Made by a program: the position numbers and the translations under genes. A model generated the notes under the pieces. That model was not told the origin of the DNA. It searched no databases and saw only the letters and a program-made list of their open reading frames with translations. A stretch of DNA of 64,000 nucleotides, taken from the NCBI GenBank assembly GCA_024679065.1, contig JAGIQG010000004.1, forward strand, positions 62,930,001-62,994,000, in the 5' to 3' direction. Below are positions 40,801 to 51,524 of this stretch, in pieces (positions within the stretch are counted from its first letter, which is position 1; the number at the start of each line of letters is the position of its first letter). This DNA is from Sphyrna mokarran. Lineage: Eukaryota.

Positions 40801-42383
40801 GGTATATCATAACATTCAGAGTTATGGGCCAGCTGCTGGCAGATTTGATTAGGTGGGAGTTCAGGTGTTTCTAATGTGTTGGTGAGGTCTTTATAGGCTG
40901 AAGGGCCTCTTCTGTGCTGTATGAGTCGACACAGTTGTGGCACAGTGATTAGTACTGCAGCCTAACAGCACCATGGATCCAGGTTCAATTTTAGCCTTGG
41001 GTGACTTTCTAAATGGAATTTGCACATTCTCCACATGTCTGCATGGGTTTGTTCCACTTTCCTCACACAGTTTAAAAAAAAATGTGCAGGTTAAGTAGAT
41101 TGTCTGTTAGTGTCAAAGGAATTTTCTGGGTAAATCTCTGGGGATACGGGGATAGGACCTAAGAGGGATTGTTGTCAGTGCAGGCTTGATGGACTGAATG
41201 GCATTCTTGAACTTCTATGATAATGTCCTTAAACTGTAAAATAAAATTTAAAAAATTGAAGAGATGTTTGTATTTCTTGTCTCTCTTTAATTGCCCTTGA
41301 GTTACTGATTGACTTGGTAGCCAACTCAGAAGATGGATAATAATCAATCAATCACATTGCTTTGGGATTGGAGTGACATATAAACCAGATGAGGTGGAGA
41401 TGGAAGATTTTGCTCCATGAAGGACATGATTGAACCAAATGGATGTTTATGATAATCAATGATAGGTGTGGTTGCCAGCAATGTGATTAGTTTTCTGTTA
41501 TTAATTGAATTGTATTCAAATTTTACCAACTAGCCATAATGAAATGTGAAACCATGTCCTCAAAACATTAACTTGGACTCTGGAGCACTGGTCTTGAGAT
41601 ATTATGGCCACACCACCAGGTGCTTGCTTGCTAAATTTTACTGCTATGCAAAACATAAGATACATGTTGAAAGTAGCAGGTAGATAAGTTCTGTTTCTGG
41701 TCTCAATAATCATAAATATTATCATAATCCATGGATAACGAGGAGAGACTAAATCGGCTAGGTTTGTACTCTTTGGAGTTTAGAAGGCTGAGAGGGGATG
41801 TTGTAGAGATGTATAAGATAATAAAGGGGATGGATAAGATAGAGGTTGAGACACTCTTCCCGCTTAGCAAAGATAACAGGACTAGAGGGCACAGCCTCAA
41901 GATTGGGGCGGCGGGGGTTGGGGTTTGTGGTTCAGATCAGAGTTGAGGAGGAATTTCTTCATGCATCGGATGGTGCTTCTTTGGAATTCTCTGCCTGATG
42001 AAGTGGTGAAGGCTTCCTCACTGAATATGTTCAAGTCAAGAGTGGATAGGGTTTTTGATTGACAAGAGAATTAAGGGTTAAGGGGAGAAAGCAGGAAAGT
42101 GGCACAGAACCACTACAGATCAGCCATGATCTTATTGAATGGTGGGGCAGACTCAAGGGGCTGGATGGCCTACTCCTGCTCCTATTTCTTATGTTCTTAT
42201 GTTCTTATCATTGTTTAGTTTCTGACTTTGAGTTGTGAATCATTGATTATCTTATCTTTTGCAGATTACCACTTTGTATTTCCTATCCACCTGATTTACC
42301 GATCCACACTGGGGTTATTAGTACTTCTTGTACTAATAGTGATCAGCTTTGAACACATTGCATCAGAAAGGGCCCATTGGTAA
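31844..42383 (+). CDS. Spliced Ig-superfamily type I membrane receptor, leader-V-C1-TM(Arg)-short tail, 259 aa; join(31844..31898,32223..32522,33878..34183,42265..42383)
   Basis: Four exons with GT-AG boundaries, all introns phase 1 as typical of IgSF domain-per-exon genes. 55+300+306+119=780 nt, an open frame of 259 aa plus TAA. Six N-glycosylation sequons (NVT, NKT, NVT, NLT, NGT, NGS). Confidence 0.85.
32223..32522 (+). CDS. Exon 2, Ig V-like domain (VFTCSLDTVT...NVTFGC...YWWKDG...DSGTYFC...ARLFVY)
   Basis: Acceptor cttttgttgatag|TT and donor TATG|GTAAGT. B-strand Cys, C-strand Trp and D-x-G-x-Y-x-C motif are present; the G strand is in the same exon. Confidence 0.92.
32625..32791 (-). 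mobile_element. tRNA-derived SINE (non-HE1 type)
   Basis: The minus strand begins gggttcagatggctcagttggctaaacgg (A-box-like), followed by a B-box-like segment and a short body. Confidence 0.55.
32800..32872 (-). pseudogene. Degenerate tRNA-Lys(UUU) copy in the V-C1 intron
   Basis: The reverse complement aligns without gaps to the vertebrate tRNA-Lys-TTT sequence (GCCCGGATAGCTCAGTCGG...GGTTCAAGTCCCTGTTCGGGCG), about 57/73 identities by hand; stems are disrupted. Confidence 0.8.
33088..33285 (+). mobile_element. 3' half of an HE1 SINE
   Basis: ccaaagatgtgcgggttagg...ttctatgattttatga. Confidence 0.8.
33878..34183 (+). CDS. Exon 3, Ig C1-set domain (LRLQCRTAEFHPKDFNLTWHKNG...GLYEVISSL...VYTCQIHHVS)
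   Basis: Long polypyrimidine tract with ctag| acceptor, donor GTAG|GTAAGA. C1 hallmarks L-x-C-x4-F-x-P-x4-L-x-W, Y-x3-S-x-L and Y-x-C-x-I-x-H; 56 residues between the two Cys. Confidence 0.93.
34913..36415 (-). mobile_element. 5'-truncated CR1 family B
   Basis: KFADD ORF 36093-36338; 3'UTR matches 1721-2260. Confidence 0.9.
36690..37800 (+). mobile_element. Old CR1 fragment with a nested HE1 SINE (37087-37387, minus)
   Basis: CR1 ORF2 linker region (ENPKIFYKY) on both sides of the SINE. Confidence 0.7.
38338..39238 (+). mobile_element. 5'-truncated CR1 family B
   Basis: ORF 38346-38579 plus family B 3'UTR and tail. Confidence 0.9.
39500..40925 (+). mobile_element. Degenerate CR1 (RT to 3' end)
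   Basis: [15 protein letters not shown] and GVPQGSVLG motifs. Confidence 0.85.
40929..41220 (+). mobile_element. HE1/V-SINE
   Basis: gtggcacagtgattagtactgc head, V core and tail. Confidence 0.8.
41730..42208 (+). mobile_element. CR1 3' fragment ending ~55 bp before the TM exon acceptor
   Basis: LYSLEFRRLRGD; (TTCTTATG)n tail. Confidence 0.85.
42265..42383 (+). CDS. Exon 4, transmembrane segment and short tail DYHFVFPIHLIYRSTLGLLVLLVLIVISFEHIASERAHW*
   Basis: Unique island between LINEs with acceptor cttatcttttgcag|. Phase-1 reading gives a hydrophobic helix with Arg (CGA 42300-42302). It ends TGG TAA, overlapping a possible donor TG|GTAAGA. Confidence 0.8.
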
Positions 42384-42431
42384 GAGAATTTTAAGACAGG
42401 TTTATAACATTCAGCAACATTTGTTGACATA

Positions 42432-43510
42432 CAAAGAACAAAACAGCACAGGAAACAGGCCCTTCGGCCCAACAAGCCCGCGCCGCGACCCCAATGTTCC
42501 CATCTCTACCCGTGATCCCTGTCTATGTTTATAGATCTATGGATTAAAAACCAAATTTGAGACAGTTTAGGGAGAATTTGTTTTGCCAATTAGACTAAGG
42601 ACATATCTTTGGGATGTGGGAGGAAACCTGAGCCCCCAGAGAAAACGCATGCAAGCACGGGGAGAATGCACAAACTTCCACAGACACACGCCCAAATCCA
42701 TGTATCTGCACAGCACAGCGATAGTCACTGAGCTGTCGTGTTGCCCGTCAAATGGTCCAGATCAAGCGTACACTAACGACGTGAAGCACTAGGATACTCT
42801 CCAGAAGAATCCAAGAGCAGCCCTCTCACGACCCATCGCGTGAACACCCCTTGTTAGACAACAAGGTGGACCAAAGCACCTGTAGGATTAAAAACAAGTA
42901 CATCAATATCATTGTCTATTTACACACTTCCCAGGGACTCCCCAGGCTTATGATCCCTATTTAAATCAGTTTTCTGTACCCCTTCATTCCCATTCTGTTC
43001 ATGTGCCATCTAAGTATTTCTTAAATAACTCCAGAGTACCTGCATCCACCATTTTACTTGTCAGCGCATTCCATATCCCCACCACCCTCTATGTGAAAAA
43101 TCTCCCTCTAGCATCCAAATTATACCTTACCCCCCTCACCCTAAGCCCGTGACCCCTCATGCTATTTCAGTCCATCCTAGGAAAAAGCTTAACCCTGTTT
43201 ATCTATACCCCTCATAATCTTGTACACCTCCATTAGATCTCCTCTAAGTCTACATCTTTCTAAGGAAAACAGTCCCAATTTGCCTAACCTTTCCTTGTAT
43301 CTCAGACCTTCTATACCAGGCAGCATCCTGGTAAACCTCCTCTGCACTCTCTCCATAGTCTCCACGTCCTTCCATTAGTAAGGTGACCTGAAGTGGATGC
43401 AGTATTCCAAATGAGGTCTAACCAACATTTTATACAACTGCAACATTAAAGGCCAGGTCTTGTACTCTGTACCCCTTCCTATAAAGGCTAGCATACCATA
43501 TGCTTTCTTC
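42432..43510 (-). mobile_element. 5'-truncated CR1 family B, ~50 bp after the receptor stop codon
   Basis: Family B tail, 3'UTR and RT C-terminus. Confidence 0.9.
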
Positions 43511-43624
43511 ATATTTCACAGAAGGAAGAATTGACATTGGCTCATCAATGTTGGAGATCATTGAATCAAAATTGCTATTCCCTATCACTGCTGCCAAAAT
43601 GTTTCACCTTGTACTCTATACAGA

Positions 43625-44540
43625 TAGAACATAGAACCGTAGAACAGTACAGCATAGTTCAGGGCATTCGGCCCTCAATGTTGTACTGAGCTATGTCCAA
43701 ACCCAAGATCAAGCTATCCCATTCTCTCTAATCCTGGAGTGCTCCATGTGTCTATCCAATAACTGTGTGAAAGTTCATAAAGTCTCCGACTCCATTATCG
43801 CAACAAGTAGTGCATTTCACATCCCAACCATTCGCTCAGTAAAGAATCTACCTCAGACATTCCTCCTACATCTCCCACCATGAACCTTATTGTTATGCCC
43901 CCTAGTAATGCAAAGAAATACTTTCTGCATGTCCACATTATCTATCCCCGTCATCATCTTACAAACCTCTATTAAGTCACCTCTTATCTTCCTCTGCTCT
44001 AAAGAGAAAAGCCCTAGCTCCTTCAACTGTTCCTCATAAGACCTCCAAACCAGGCAGCATCCTGGTAAGCCTCCTTTGCACTGTCTCCATTGCTTCCATA
44101 TCCTTCGTATAGTGAAGTGACCAGAACTGAGCACTATATTCCAAATATGGTCTCACCAACGTCCAGTATAGTTGCAGCACAATCCCACGGCTCTTAAACC
44201 ATTGATAAACGCTAACACACCATAAGCCTTCTTCACAGGTCTACCTACTTAAGTGATAACCTTCAGAAATCTGTGGTGTGAACCCCAAGATCCTCTGTTC
44301 CTCCACTTTCCTCAGAACCCTGCCATTAATCCACATTCAAGTTTGTCCTACCGAAATGAATCACCTTGCATCTGTCAGGTTAAAATCCATCTGCCACTTT
44401 TTGGCCCAGCTCTGCATCCTATCAATGTCTCTTTGCAGCCTGCAACAGCCTTCCACCTCATCCACTACTCCACCCGTCTTGGAGTCATCAGCAAATTTAC
44501 TAACCACCCTTCAGCCCCCTCTTCCAAGTCATTGATAAAA
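43625..44540 (-). mobile_element. 5'-truncated CR1
   Basis: ORF 43853-44134 (LFSLEQRKIRGDL) and tail. Confidence 0.85.
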
Positions 44541-45134
44541 TTCCCTATATTAATGCATTTTGTTACGTGCTAGCCTGTCTAATCCTATACAAGTTAATTT
44601 CTGTTATTGTAACTGTTTGTCGTTCCTTGGTATTAACTGCATTCTTTTAAAATATGTCTCTGTATTCCAAATTCCAAGCCATCAATTTTCCAGTCTGTAG
44701 AACTAGTATTTATCATGAATTTCACTCCCTGTCCTTAAACTACTATTTAGTCCAAGTGGACCCAAGACCTTCCTATTCCAGAAGTGTCAATTTTATCAAT
44801 AAACCTTTCACTGGCACTTTTAAACTGCCTTCTTAAAGGCAACAAGTGTCATACTCCATTCATCAATTTCTTCTGTGACTTCATTAAAAAATCAGTTACG
44901 TTATTCAACTATAATCTGCCTTGTACAAATTTGTGCTGGTTTGACATAATTATCTGCAACACCCTACTTCTCCTCTTCCAACTCCTCCCTCCCTCCATCA
45001 GTAGCTGTTGATTATCTGCCATGATTACTGTTTCCTAAAACATACCCACTATTAATGGTAAATAAATTAGCCAGTAATTTCCAGGACTATGTTTTCTTTT
45101 TAAAATAAGGATACTGCATTTCCCATTCACTTGT

Positions 45135-46500
45135 CATAGAACATGGAACATTACAGTACAGTACAGGCCCTTCAGCCCTCGATATTGCATTGACCGGTGG
45201 AATGAATCTAGTGACCCTCTAACCTAATCTACTCCAATGTTATCCATATGCCTATCCACTGACCATTTGAATGCCCTTAAACTTGGTGAGTCCACAACTG
45301 CTGCAGGCCAGGCATTCCGTGCCCTTACTACCCTCTGAGTAAAGAACTTACCTCTGACATCCATCCTATAATTACCACCCTTCAATTTAAAGCTATGTAC
45401 CCTTGTGTTAGCCATCACAGTCTGAGGAAAAAGGCTCTCACTGTCCAACCTATCTAACCTTCTAATCATCCTGTATGCCTCAATTAGGTCACCTCTTAAC
45501 CTTCTTCTCTCTAACGAAAATAACCTCAAGTCCATCAGAATTTCCTCATAAGACCTTCCCTCTACACCAGGCAACATCCTGGTAAACCTCCTCTGCATTC
45601 TTCCTAGTGCTTCCACATCTTTCTTATAATGCGGTGACCAGAATTGTACACAACACTCCAAGTGCAGCTGCACCAGAGTTTTGCACGGTTGCAATATGAC
45701 CTCAAGGCTCCGAAATTCAATCCCTCTACCAAGAAAAGCTAATATACTGTACGCCTTCTTAACAACTTTCTCAACCTGGGTGCCAACTTTCAGGGATCAC
45801 CGACATCTCTCTGCTCCTCGACACTACCAAGAGTCCTTCCATTAGCCCTATATTCTGTACTCCTGTTATTCTTACTAAAGTGAATCACCTCACACTTTTC
45901 CGCATTAAACTCCATTTGCCTCCTCTCACCCAGCTCTGTAGCTTATCTATGCTCCTCTGCAAACTGTAACATCCATCCTTACTGTCTACAACTCCTCCAA
46001 CTTTGGTGTCATCAGCAAATTTTCTAACCCATCCTTCATCTAGGTCATTTATAAAAATGACAAACAGCAATGGCCCCAAAACAGATCCCTGAGGCACACC
46101 ACTTGTAACTGAACTCCAGGTTGAATATTTCCCATCAACCACCGCTTTCTGTCTTCTATCACCTAGCCAATTCCTGATCCAAACTGCTAAATCACCCTCA
46201 ATCCCATGGTAGGTTTCTGCAGTAGCCTACCATGGGGAATCTTATCAAATGCTTTGCTAAAATCCATATACACTACGTCAACTTACCCTTGTTCACCTCT
46301 TTGGTCGCCTTTTCAAAGAACTCGATAAGGTTTGCAAGGCATGACTTACCCTTCACAAAACTGTGTTGATTATCCCTAATCAATTTATTTCTTTCTAGAT
46401 GATTATAAATCCTGTCTTCTGGCACCTCCACCATACCTAGAGAAGATTTGAAGATTAGGACAAGCAATCCAATAATCTCCTCCTTTTCTTCCTTTAGCAA
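45135..46500 (-). mobile_element. 5'-truncated CR1 (family A-related)
   Basis: ORFs 45224-45694, 45885-46142 (FADD) and 46273-46500. Confidence 0.9.
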
Positions 46501-47149
46501 TTGAGATGCAACACATTGGGAGTAGGCGATTTAAATCTTGGCAAATTTTCCAGTATCTCCTCCCTGTTGATTTTTTACTCTCGATTGTTTCTACTTTCTC
46601 TGCTTCTGACGAGTCCTCCTAGTCAGTTTTTTTTTTAAATATTTCATGTAATACTGGAATTTATGACAAGATTAATTAATGGCTAAAATAAATAAATTTG
46701 GCAAAAATAGGGATGTGTCAAGCCACAGCATGTGAGAACTAATAGATGCCAGTGTTATCCACAGAAAGCACGTCTGCAGTAATTGACAGCTGCTTGAGAA
46801 GCTTCAGCTCAGATTCATCAACCTGGAGGCTGAGTTATGGACAATGTGATAGGCCAGGGAAGGAGGTAGTTACATGCATGAATTGTTGTAGAGGACCTTA
46901 GAATATAATCACCTGGTTTGAAAAATGGTCATTGGCTGTTGAAGAGGGGGTAATTGTAGCTGAGGTGGTAAGGGGACCCACAGGGTCTAACTGCAGGAGT
47001 GGCTGCCTCTACAATTATCCATCAGGTTTGACGTTCTTTCAGATTGTTTGGATGAAAGTGCGGGCTTAAGGATGCATGAGCTTATTGAACACGGCAATGT
47101 GATACGTTAAGACATTTAAGCGGGGCGAACACAATAGAACAGAACAGTA

Positions 47150-47420
47150 TGTGGTGGCATAATGCTAGGGGCCCATGCTCGATTCCCAGCTTGGGTCCCC
47201 ATCTGTGTGGAGTCTGCATGTTCTGCCTGTATGTGTGCAGGTTTCCTCCAGGTGCTCCAGTTTCCTCCCACAGTCCAAAGATGTGCTGGTTAGGTTGACT
47301 GGACATGCTAAATTGTCCCTTGGTGTCAGGGGGACTAATTAGGATGAATTTGTGGGGTTTATGTGTATAGGCTGGGGTGGCCTATCCCTGAATTGCCTCA
47401 TTCTGCATGGTAGAGAATCT
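47150..47420 (+). mobile_element. HE1/V-SINE inside an old CR1 ORF1 remnant (about 46715-48350)
   Basis: V core; the flanks read VVWDSVVR...CCLP (esterase remnant). Confidence 0.7.
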
Positions 47421-48392
47421 AAAACAAAACAAAATAGATTAGAACATAGAATAAAATCCCTGCAGTGCAGAAAGTGACCATCCTACCATCATGCCTACAT
47501 TGACAGCAATCCTGCCTAGCTTTATACCCGTAACCCCACTTTTTACCCTGCTAATCCCCCTCACACAAAGGAGCCAATCACTATGGCCGATCATTCTAAA
47601 TTGCACATCTTTAGAAGAATTTAATGGTAGTATGGGATAGTGTAGTGAGGGAAATTGAAACTATCGTCTGTAGTAAGAACGGTGAATACAGCCTGCTGTG
47701 TTGCCTGCCTGTGCCAGAGTTTGAGACATCTGCTTCCAACTGGAGCAGGAGGGTGGGTCCGATTCTCTTAGTATATGTATATACTGATGAGAAAGGTAGA
47801 ATAGGAAAAAAAGATTCTGCATAGATATTTTGAAGACAAAGACTCTAAAGTAAGCAAAAATACTTTATGGAGTGTTACTTTAGCCATGTGCAACTTGGCA
47901 TAGGGTACATAATATTAGGCAGATGAACACATGGCTCAAAAAACTGGTGTGGGTGAAATGGGCTTCAGTTCGTAGGACAGTGGGATCGGTATTGGGGAAA
48001 TTGGAATTTATACTGCTGGGAATGGCCTAAATCTGAACTGTGGTGGAACCAGAGATCTTGAAACTACTTAACTAGTCAAATAAAGAGGGGTTTGAAGTAA
48101 ATAGAGAAGGGGGTGGTTCTGGAAAGATGACATGTACACTTCCAAAATAAATGGATATATAAGTATTACAACTCATCTATTTAGGTAAAGATTGACAAAG
48201 TATGACAGGAAGTGATAGAGTGTACAAACATAAAATAAATAGCCGCAAATTGATTCAAATAGAGAAAAATGGTAAAAGGGAAAAAATGGTTCTTTACTTC
48301 AATGCACATAGTATTTGGCACAGATTTCAGGAAATAATGGCAAATATTGAGGTTAATTTGATTTGATATGATTTATCGTTATCACATGTATT

Positions 48393-49442
48393 AGAACAAA
48401 GATAAAAGAGCAAAACAGCACAGGATACAGGCCCTTCGGCCCAATGAGCCCGTGCCGCCACCCCAATGTTCCCACTTCTACCCACGATCCCTGTCCATGT
48501 TTATAGATCTATGGATTAAAAACCAAATTTGAGACAATTTAGGGAGAATTTATTTTGCCAATTATCCTAAAAGCGCATCTTTGGGATGTGGGAGGAAACC
48601 TGAGCACCCAGAGAAAACCCACGCAAGCATGGGGAGAATGTGCAAACTCCCACAGACACACGCCCAAATCCATGTATCTGCACAGCACAGCGATAGTCAC
48701 TGAGCTGTTGTGTTGCCCATCAAATGGTCCAGGTCAAGCATACATGACGACATGAAGCATTAGGATACTCTCGAAAAAAAATCCAAGAGCAGCCCTCTCA
48801 TGGCCCATCGCGTATATGCCCCTCATTAGACAACAAGGTGGACCAAAGCACCTGTAGGATAAAAACAAGTACATCAATATCATCATCTATTTACACACTT
48901 CCCAGGGACTCCCAAGGCTCATGATCCCTATTTTAAATCAGTTTTCTGTACCCCTCTATTCCCATTCTGTTCATGTGCCCATCTAAGTATTTCTTAAATA
49001 ACTCCAGAGTGCCTGCCTTCACCACTTTACTTGGCAGTGCATTCCATACCCCCACCACCCTCTGTGTGAAAAACTCTCTCTAGCATCCAAATTTACCTTA
49101 CCCCCCTCACCCTAAGCCCTTGACCCCTCATGCTATTTGAGTCCAAGCTAGGAAAAAGCTTAACCCTGTTTACTCTATTTATACCCCTCATAATCTTGTA
49201 CACCTCTATTAGATCTCCTCTAAGTCTACGTCTTTCTAAGGAAAACAATCCCAAATTGCCTAACCTCTTCTCGTAACTCAGACCTTCCATACCAGGCAGC
49301 ATCCTGGTAAACCTCCTCTGCACTCTCTCCAGAGTTTCCACGTCCTTCCGTTAGTAAGGTGACTAGAACTGGACGCAGTATTCCAAATGAGGTCTAACCA
49401 ACATTTTATACAACTGCAATATTAAAGGCCAGCTCTTGTGTA
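48393..49442 (-). mobile_element. 5'-truncated CR1 family B
   Basis: ORF 49093-49341 plus family B 3'UTR and tail. Confidence 0.9.
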
Positions 49443-50167
49443 AGTATACAATAAAAGAGTATTGTTTCATAAATGTCACATAGACAGAGTATACTGTACA
49501 TAGAGAAGAAAGGAGAGAATGCAGAATGTTATAGTAACATCTAGCGTATAGAGAAAGCAACTTAAAATGAGGTAGGTGCATTAAGACGTCTGTTGGCAGC
49601 AGGTAAAATGTTGCTCTTCAGGCGGTTGGTATGTAACCTCAAATGTTTCCTCAATGGAAGAAGGTGGAAGAAAATATGCCCAGGGTGCATGGGGTCCTTG
49701 ATTATGCCGGCTTCTTTGTGGATATGATCTTATAAGCATTACTTGAATGATTACAAGGAGTTGAAGCTGGAAACTAAATATTCAGGGCATATGACTTTAC
49801 TTGTCTTCATGAAGTGTTATTAGTACAAGGTGGATTAATTATGATGGCAAAGAAATGATCTTGAATTAGAAGATGTAGAGTCCATATGGGGTGTTGGAAA
49901 GAAACAAAAGAAGAATGCAATGGTGGAAGTAATCTATAGACTCCTTAGCAGTAATAAATGTAGAATAGGACATGGAGATAATGAGGCAGTGTATTAATAA
50001 AGTGTGACTCTAATCTTCATGTGGATTTGGTAAATCAAATTGGCAGAGAAAGACATGAGGAAGAATTCATAAATTGTATTCAGGACAGTCTCCTAGAACC
50101 ATATGTTGTGGACCTAAACCGGGGTAAAACAAATTTGGATTCTTTAACGTGAAATGGGACAATCTAA

Positions 50168-50507
50168 GGCAACACGGTAGCACAATGGTTAGCATTGCTG
50201 CTTCACAGCTCCAAGGATCCGGGTTTGACTTTCAGCTTGGGTCACTGTCTGTGTGAAGTTTGCACATGCTCTTCATGTCTCCAGTCATTCTGGTTTCCTC
50301 CCACAGTCCAAAGATGTGCGGGTTAGGCTGATTGATTGACCATCCTAAAATTGTCCTTAGTGTTCTGAGATGTGTAGTTAGAGGGATTAGTGGGTAAATA
50401 TGTAGGAATGTGGGGATAGTTCCTGGGTGGGATTGTGGTCAGTGCAGACTTGATGGGCCAAATGACCTTTCTCTGTACTGTAAGGATTTTATGATTCTAT
50501 GATTCTA
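50168..50507 (+). mobile_element. HE1/V-SINE
   Basis: ggcaacacggtagcacaatggttagcattgctgc head; (ATTCTATG)n tail. Confidence 0.9.
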
Positions 50508-50734
50508 TAATATTCCTGAACAAAGTGTAACAAATGTGGTAGAATTGTTTGAGCGCCAAGAATGTGAGTAAGAAATAACTGTGCTGAACTTAATTACCGA
50601 AGCAGTGGGTGTAGAATTGATTGGATTGGGCTGGGGAAAGAGTCCTGCAGAAAAAAAAAAATGATTGCTCTGTTGATGAAAATACCTCATGACTCAAAAC
50701 AAAGATATATACTAATGAGGAAGAAGGGCTCTAA

Positions 50735-51315
50735 GAAATATAGAAAGTAGGAGCAGGAGTAGACTGCTCGGCCTTTGAACCTGCTTCGCCTTTCATTTTG
50801 ATCATGGCTGATCATCAATACCTTGATTTCCCCTACCACCTCCACCCCCCACCAATATCCCTTTAGCCTAGAGATTTACCTAATTTCTCCATGAAATCAA
50901 ACAAATTTTGGCCCCAACTATATTCTGTGGTTATGAATTACACATTCACCATCCTGAGTGAAGAAATTTTTCTTCATCTAAATCCTAAAATGTTTAGCCC
51001 TTATTCTCAACCTATGACCCCAAGTTCTGAACTTCCCCACCATTGGGAACATTCTTTCTGAATCTACCCTTCTCGATTTGCTAGAATTTTATAAGTTTCT
51101 ATGAGCTCCCCTCTCATTGTTCTAAACTCCATTGAATATAATCCAAACCAACTTAGTTATTGCTCATAAGACAGACCTGCCATCCCAGAAATCAAATTAA
51201 ACCTTTGCTGTACTCACTCTATAGCAAAGACATCAATCTGCAGATAAGGAGGTCAAAACTATGCACAACAGTCCAGCCATAGCCTTATCAATGCCCTGTA
51301 CAATTGCAGCAAAAA
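50735..51315 (-). mobile_element. CR1 3' fragment
   Basis: Tail and C-terminal region similar to 60338-60950. Confidence 0.75.
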
Positions 51316-51524
51316 GAGGAGGGCAAATCCACCATCGTTAATGAGGGAAGTTAAGAATAGTGTTAGACTGTGTGGGGGAAAAGCATATTATCTCACAAAG
51401 ATTAAATGATGAAAGAAAGGATTGAGAAAGTTTTAGAAGCTGATAAGAAAAGGTGAAGGTAAGTTATGAAGGTAAACTGGCAAGAAGAATAAAATGGATA
51501 ATAAAAGCTTTGTTGAATGTATAA

